Positions 58,693 to 64,000 of a stretch of 64,000 bases of DNA are shown one piece after another. The first letter of the stretch is position 1; every line of letters starts with the position of its first letter. The DNA lies in assembly GCA_035446145.1 (NCBI GenBank), contig DAOMSB010000005.1, positions 13,879 through 77,878 on the forward strand, given 5' to 3'. Under the pieces are notes generated by a model. It had not been told where the DNA came from, did no database searches, and worked only from the letters and a program-made list of their open reading frames with translations. The translations under genes and the position numbers were made by a program. This stretch comes from Promineifilum sp. (GTDB lineage: Bacteria; Chloroflexota; Anaerolineae; Promineifilales; Promineifilaceae).

Positions 58693-60132
58693 GTGGTTCG
58701 CATAACCATAGATCGTAATAGCCCCGAAACCGGCTACAAACAGGTGTATCGTCGGCTTCGTGAGGCGATCCTGACCGGAGAGCTTGTCTCGGGCGCGCGC
58801 TTGCCTTCAACCCGAATTTTGGCCGGTGAGGCCGGGGTGGCGCGCGTCACAATCTCGCGCGCCTACGAGCAACTGGCGGCCGAGGGGTTTGTTGAGAGTC
58901 GCGTCGGGGCGGGAACTTACGTCGCCGCGAAGATACCCACTATTGCAGAAGCAAAGGCGACGGAATTCAAGCCGGTGCTTACGAATTGGGGCCAGCGGGC
59001 AATCGCCCTGACCCGGCAGGCTGAGCGAGGCGGCGATGGCGGCCGCCCGGAGATCGATTTTGGTTTCGGCCGCTCCTTCGCCGAACGTTTTCCCTATGAC
59101 GTATGGCGACGGCTTCTGGGCCGCTATCTTTCCACGGATGACGCGATGTTGTCACGATACGGTTCGGCGGCCGGTTTCTATCCGCTGCGCCAGGCTGTGG
59201 CTGATTACCTGGTGCGGGCACGCGGCGTGCGCTGCACGCCTGAGGATGTGGTCATTGTGAGCGGCGCGCAACAGGCCATCGACATACTGGCGCGACTGCT
59301 GATCAATGCCGGGGATGAGGTGTTGATCGAGACGCCGGGTTACCGCGACGCCTTTGCCCTGTTTCGGCTCCATCAGGCCAGGCTTGTGGGACTGTCGGTC
59401 GATAATCAGGGCCTGCCGGTGGATGACATTCCGCTTGGTTGTCAGGCAAAGTTGGCGTTTGTGACGCCGTCGCATCAATTCCCCAAGGGGGGAACCATGC
59501 CGCTGGTGCGGCGGCTGGCGCTGCTGGCCTGGGCGCGGAAGCATTCGGCCATCATCATTGAGGATGATTACGATGGCGATCTGCGCTATGAAGGTGACTC
59601 GCTTTCCGCGCTCGAGGGGCTGGATGAAGATGGTCGCGTCATTTATCTGGGGACGTTTTCGAAGGTGCTGTTTCCCGCGTTGCGGTTGGGTTATCTCGTG
59701 CTGCCCCGAACGTTGGTAGCGCCGTTTGTCCGGGCCAAGGAGCTGGTCGATCGTGGCGCGCCGACGCTGACCCAGGCGGCCGTGGCCGACTTTCTGTCCG
59801 AAGGTCACTTCGAGAGGCACCTGCGCCATCTGCGCCAGTTGTATGGCGAAAAGCGGGTCGCGCTCGTTACTGCGCTGGATGAGTATTTGGGCGACCGCGT
59901 TCGCTTTTCCCCCGTTGCGGCCGGACTGCACGTGATGATTTACGCGAATACGCCTATTGATGAAGCCGGGCTTGCCCATAGCGCGGCTGCGTTGGGGGTA
60001 CGGGTCTATGGCGGCGCGCCTTATCATCTGGAGCGGCCGGCTCCCCCGTCATTTCTGCTGGGATTTAGCGGGTTGAGTGAGAGCGAGATCGTCGAGGGGG
60101 TGCGCCGTTTGGCGGCTGCCTGGCCGGAGTAG
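58693..60132 (+). CDS. MocR/GabR family PLP-dependent GntR regulator
   Basis: RLPSTR.LA..GVAR.T...AY.QL..EG, TPSHQFP, EDDYD, GTFSKVLFP.LRLG. Confidence 0.92.
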   Translation: MVRITIDRNSPETGYKQVYRRLREAILTGELVSGARLPSTRILAGEAGVARVTISRAYEQLAAEGFVESRVGAGTYVAAKIPTIAEAKATEFKPVLTNWGQRAIALTRQAERGGDGGRPEIDFGFGRSFAERFPYDVWRRLLGRYLSTDDAMLSRYGSAAGFYPLRQAVADYLVRARGVRCTPEDVVIVSGAQQAIDILARLLINAGDEVLIETPGYRDAFALFRLHQARLVGLSVDNQGLPVDDIPLGCQAKLAFVTPSHQFPKGGTMPLVRRLALLAWARKHSAIIIEDDYDGDLRYEGDSLSALEGLDEDGRVIYLGTFSKVLFPALRLGYLVLPRTLVAPFVRAKELVDRGAPTLTQAAVADFLSEGHFERHLRHLRQLYGEKRVALVTALDEYLGDRVRFSPVAAGLHVMIYANTPIDEAGLAHSAAALGVRVYGGAPYHLERPAPPSFLLGFSGLSESEIVEGVRRLAAAWPE

Positions 60133-60138
60133 CGCAAC

Positions 60139-60657
60139 TCAGATCAGCCAACTGCCCTCAAGCCTGAGAAGCCATGCCTTTGTCTCCAGGCCGCCCCTGG
60201 CTCCATAGCCGTGGAGCTTGCCGTCCGCGCCGAGGATGCGATGGCAGGGAATGATGATGGGGATGGGGTTGGTCGCGTTTGCCCGACCCACCGCCCGCAC
60301 TGCCCCCGGTCGGCCGATGCGCTGGGCGATGGCTCCATAGCTCGTCGTGTGGCCATAGGGCACCGCCATCACCTGCTCCAGCACCTCGCGATGGAAAGGC
60401 TTGAGAATGGCCCATTCAATCGGGATGGTGAATTCGCGAAGCTCGCCGTGCAAATAGGCCTCAAGCTCGGCGATAGTCGCTCTGACGATTGCGTTGGGTT
60501 GAGCGTTCGGATCGGGGATCTCGCTCGTCATGCGCGCGATGCCGATCAGGAATCGTTCCGGCTCGTCCCACAGGTTGACACCCACCAGCCCATCATCTGA
60601 CGCGGCTACCCAGATCCTCCCCACCGGTGTGTTTTCCAGCTTGCCGATCGTTACCAT
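60139..60657 (-). CDS. ogt: Methylated-DNA--protein-cysteine methyltransferase
   Basis: VPYG.T.SYG.IA, RAVGRANATNP.PIIIPCHR. Confidence 0.93.
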   Translation of the reverse strand: MVTIGKLENTPVGRIWVAASDDGLVGVNLWDEPERFLIGIARMTSEIPDPNAQPNAIVRATIAELEAYLHGELREFTIPIEWAILKPFHREVLEQVMAVPYGHTTSYGAIAQRIGRPGAVRAVGRANATNPIPIIIPCHRILGADGKLHGYGARGGLETKAWLLRLEGSWLI

Positions 60658-61321
60658 GTTGTGCTCCCGCCGGTCGATTTACCGTTGGTTGGATTATTTT
60701 ACCATATCGTAGCCAGTAGAGAGCAATGCCGAAGGCGACGGCCGCGTTGAGCGATGATTTGTGCCCGGCCATCGGCAGGCCCAGGACGGCGTCGCACAAA
60801 TCGAGGATACCGGGGTCGATGCCGGCCTTTTCGTTGCCGACGATCAGGGCGATTTTGGCCGGGGAGTCGGGGACGGGGGGAGTCGAGGGTTCCGCCGTCG
60901 TCAGGCGTTCCAGCGCCCACAGCCGATAGCCTTCGGCCTTGAGCGTTAGGGCCGCATCAATGCCGTTGGGGAAATAGGCCCAGGGGATGGTCTCGTTTGC
61001 GCCAAGAGCCGCTTTGGCCAGCCTGGGATGTTCGGGCGTGGCGGTGATTCCGGCGAGATACAGGCGCGCTACGCCGGCGCCATCGGCCGTGCGAAACATC
61101 GAGCCGACGTTATGGATGCTGCGGATATTATCCAGCAGGCCAACCAGTGTGCGGTCGTCCGGCAGGGGATCGAGATGTTCGGGCTTTCCAAGAGGTGTTG
61201 TGCCTGTTTCGAAGACGGCCCCACGGCAGCGGGGACAGCGCGCCGCTTTCGCTTCCACGGCTGAAGCCGGGAAGCGAAAGCGGCACTTTTCATCGGAGCA
61301 TTGCAGGAAAACGTAATCCAA
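60593..61321 (-). CDS. TrmH/SpoU family RNA methyltransferase with N-terminal zinc ribbon
   Basis: C....C..CPRC, LDNIRSIHNVGSMFRTAD, VGNE..G, PM.G.K.SLNAAVA; probable TTG start. Confidence 0.85.
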   Translation of the reverse strand: MDYVFLQCSDEKCRFRFPASAVEAKAARCPRCRGAVFETGTTPLGKPEHLDPLPDDRTLVGLLDNIRSIHNVGSMFRTADGAGVARLYLAGITATPEHPRLAKAALGANETIPWAYFPNGIDAALTLKAEGYRLWALERLTTAEPSTPPVPDSPAKIALIVGNEKAGIDPGILDLCDAVLGLPMAGHKSSLNAAVAFGIALYWLRYGKIIQPTVNRPAGAQHGNDRQAGKHTGGEDLGSRVR

Positions 61322-61328
61322 CGATGGG

Positions 61329-62684
61329 TTAGCCTTCCAGTGCGCTGAGCAAAGCGGGCAACAGCTGCTTCTTGCGCGAGACGACGCCGGGCATACGATA
61401 GGTGCCGTCGGGAAGCTTGGGGTAGGGCAGCCCACCCAGGCTGGGCACGTCCGAGGTCAGCAGCAAACGGCTGGAGCCGCGCACCACATCGGTCACCATG
61501 AGGACGGCGAAATCCAGTCCCTTGGCGTCGCGCAACTTGATGAGCGCTTCCTTGAGCAAGTCGTGGTACTCATCCAGCTCAACCAGCGAGGTCACTTCAA
61601 CCTGAGCCACGCCGAAGTGCATCCCGGCTTCTTCGTAGAGCTTGAGGTCGGCGCTGACGATGTCGGCCGGCTCGCGAGTGGCCAGGCCCGTGCCGGACGA
61701 GATGACTTTCTCGCCATACGATTGAACCGTTTCCCCGGCCAAAGGAGAGCCGATAACGAACGCCCATCGACCCAACCGCTCGGCCGCCTCGTGGTCGCGC
61801 GGCGTTGTCGTCGGCGAGGTCAGGATGAGCGTATCCGACAGCACACCGGCCAGCAGCAAGCCGGCCAGCTCAGGCGGCGCACTCAGACCGGCGTCGTTGA
61901 TGCGCTCGGAGATGAGCGTCGAGGTGCTGCCGACGACGTCAACCGTGAAGCGAATGGGTATGCGCGTGGATGGATTGCCGAGGCGGTGGTGATCCACGAT
62001 CTCAATAATGTCGGCCTCGTCGATCGAGCCGACCGCCTGTCCCGGCTCGTTGTGGTCAACCAGGATGAGCTGCATACGCGGCGGGTTGAGCGCTTCACGA
62101 TGGCGACAAATGCCCACATAGCGGCCGGTCTCGTCGACGACCCAGAACTCCGTCCGTTCCTCGCGCAGGATGCGATTGAGCGCATCGCGAATACGGGCGC
62201 TTGCCAGGAATTGCGGCACGGTGCGGTCGACGGCTTCCTGGCCCGGCATATCCATCAGTTCGCCGATGCGCATTTCCTCGCGTCGCGGGTGGGAGCCGAT
62301 CGTGCGGCTGAGGAAGTCGAACAGGCTGATGACCGTAACCAGGCCGTATGGCTTGCCATCGCTATCGACGATTGGCGCAACGCCGCCGGTGCGATTGGCG
62401 ATGGACCAGACTTCGCGCAATGGATGCTCCGGCGCGGCCGTATTCAGGCGATGGGAAATCGTTGAAAATCGGGGTGAGGCATCGATTAGAAGCGTCGGTT
62501 GCTCAATCTTGAGGTGGTTGAGCACCCATGTTGTTTGTGGGTTCAGATGGCCTGCGCGCGCTGCAATGGCGTTCTGGCCCTGATCTTGCAGCAGCCAGGC
62601 GTAGCCCATCGCCGAGGCGATCGCATCGGTATCGGGGTTCACGTGGCCGACCACGTAGATGGCGTTGTTTTTGTTTCCTGTCAT
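61329..62684 (-). CDS. Mn-dependent inorganic pyrophosphatase (family II) with CBS insert
   Basis: GH.NPDTDAI.S, LVDHNE, IVDHH, SDTL...SPTTT, PGVVSRKKQ. Confidence 0.9.
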   Translation of the reverse strand: MTGNKNNAIYVVGHVNPDTDAIASAMGYAWLLQDQGQNAIAARAGHLNPQTTWVLNHLKIEQPTLLIDASPRFSTISHRLNTAAPEHPLREVWSIANRTGGVAPIVDSDGKPYGLVTVISLFDFLSRTIGSHPRREEMRIGELMDMPGQEAVDRTVPQFLASARIRDALNRILREERTEFWVVDETGRYVGICRHREALNPPRMQLILVDHNEPGQAVGSIDEADIIEIVDHHRLGNPSTRIPIRFTVDVVGSTSTLISERINDAGLSAPPELAGLLLAGVLSDTLILTSPTTTPRDHEAAERLGRWAFVIGSPLAGETVQSYGEKVISSGTGLATREPADIVSADLKLYEEAGMHFGVAQVEVTSLVELDEYHDLLKEALIKLRDAKGLDFAVLMVTDVVRGSSRLLLTSDVPSLGGLPYPKLPDGTYRMPGVVSRKKQLLPALLSALEG

Positions 62685-63002
62685 GCTCCGCTATCCTGCT
62701 CTGGAATGTTTGTGCCCTCAATGTAAAGTGGGCACACCATCTCCATAATATAGATTTAACCTTACGGGTCGGCTAACAATGCGATGGTCGGGTCTCGTGT
62801 GGCCGTTCACGACCAATAATACCCAATAGCTGAACAGTGCGCATTACCTGGCCTCGGACGAATATCGTGGGTCAGGTTTGGCGGGGAATCGGTCTATATC
62901 CGAACGGCCGACAGTTTGCCCGGCCGCAATTTAGCCGGCGTTGACGTGTTGATTTGGAAGACTGTTCGGATACTGACATAATCCCCCACAAGGTAGTTCA
63001 GA

Positions 63003-63560
63003 ATGATCGAGATTCATCCCCTGGAGAAATTCAGCGCATCGCGTCTTCGGCAGATCGCCTCAGGTTACACCACGAATGAGATTTATCGAGTCGAATACCA
63101 TGAAGGGCAGGTAGAAACCGTATTCAGGCTAACCTTGGAGCCTCTGCCCGAATCAAAGAGTTTTGTGTTTCCATTCGATGAAGAAGAATTGAAGGGCTAT
63201 GAGGCGCTCATCCCCAACCCGTTTTGCCTGGGGGCGTATGACGACGGCTTGTGGGTGGGCGTGGCTTTGGCTGAGCCACGGCTATGGAACAATACGCTGT
63301 GGGTATGGGAGTTTCATGTGGCCGAAACGTATCGGGGCAAGGGCATCGGCCGTCGATTGATGGAGCGACTTGCTGCGTCGGCCGAGGCGGCCGGATTGCG
63401 CTCGCTCATCTGCGAGACACAAAACACGAACGTTCCCGCCATCCGTTTCTATCACGCCGTCGGATATCGAGTAGAAGGCGTTGATATTTCCTACTACACC
63501 AATGAGGACATGTTGCCCGGCCGAACGGTGGCCGTGTTCATGAAACGCAGATTGACATGA
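63003..63560 (+). CDS. GNAT N-acetyltransferase (streptothricin acetyltransferase-like)
   Basis: WN....WEFHV...YRGKGIGRRLM, ETQNTNVPAIRFY. Confidence 0.8.
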   Translation: MIEIHPLEKFSASRLRQIASGYTTNEIYRVEYHEGQVETVFRLTLEPLPESKSFVFPFDEEELKGYEALIPNPFCLGAYDDGLWVGVALAEPRLWNNTLWVWEFHVAETYRGKGIGRRLMERLAASAEAAGLRSLICETQNTNVPAIRFYHAVGYRVEGVDISYYTNEDMLPGRTVAVFMKRRLT

Positions 63561-64000
63561 ACGGCTTGATACGCTTTGTAGAAGAGCGGCCCGGCTTATC
63601 GGCCGCTCTCTTGTTCCTGGGGCTTGGCCTTGTGTTTTTTGCGGCCGTTCTCCTGCCCCCCGCCGGGCAAGTGCTGGCCGGGCACGATATGATTGGTTAT
63701 TACTACGTGTATTGGGAGGCCGTGCGCGAGGCGCTGCTCTCCGGCCGGTTGCCCTTGTGGGAGCCGGATACTTTTGGCGGGTTCCCCTTTCTGGCCCAAC
63801 CCCAGCAGAACACGTTTTACCCCATTAACTGGATTAACTTGATCCTGCCCTTGCGGGTTGGCGTCAGCCTCTACATGGTATTTCACGTCTGGCTGGCCGG
63901 CTTCGGCATGTATGTGTTTGGCCGTATCATGGGCGGCCGATGGTTGCCGAGCGTGCTGGCCGGGATTGGGTTTGCCTTCGGGGGGTTGCTGGCCGGGCGG
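63557..64000 (+). CDS. YfhO-family membrane protein, 5' part (runs off the window)
   Basis: ATG overlaps the GNAT stop; translates MNGLIRF..GRLPLWEPDTFGGFPFLAQPQQNTFYP, same motif as the 16506 gene. Confidence 0.75.
   Translation, partial: MNGLIRFVEERPGLSAALLFLGLGLVFFAAVLLPPAGQVLAGHDMIGYYYVYWEAVREALLSGRLPLWEPDTFGGFPFLAQPQQNTFYPINWINLILPLRVGVSLYMVFHVWLAGFGMYVFGRIMGGRWLPSVLAGIGFAFGGLLAGR

Overview
GC-rich bacterial chromosomal segment with about 47 genes, most likely Chloroflexota (Anaerolineae-like, inferred from V4R, YfhO/GT39, EAD-like and TEAPAEE-linker proteins). I saw no rRNA, tRNA, CRISPR array or intact mobile element. Gene content from left to right: Na/Pi transporter; DUF2207; an IclR-linked catabolic cluster (non-pyrrolysine MttB, GcvT-like protein, two FAD oxidoreductases); YitT; DUF5996; yebC-ruvC-ruvA; GH1; V4R; YfhO-flippase fusion; GT39; ND-AspRS; greA; a BMP-type nucleoside ABC transporter; an EAD-like/degenerate ATPase; rarD; guaB; lgt; sulfatase; recF; rsmG; OppA-like; REC-GAF-PAS; MFS; fused E1; T-box-alaX-hyp-ileS; kelch protein; sbcDC; TetR; MocR; ogt; TrmH; CBS-PPase; GNAT; partial YfhO. 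Strongest unexplained signals: (1) three perfect plus one near-perfect DnaA box written inside the GT39 reading frame (21840-21901); (2) an unannotated 28-aa Asn/Asp-rich, PPP-containing leader peptide with promoter, possible antiterminator and terminator ahead of greA-aspS; (3) an Ile T-box that sits in front of an AlaX editing gene and an unknown gene rather than directly in front of ileS, whose product carries the swapped GVHH signature; (4) the MttB/GcvT/double-flavoprotein cluster with a perfect operator palindrome. All calls are by eye from motifs; no database searches were run.
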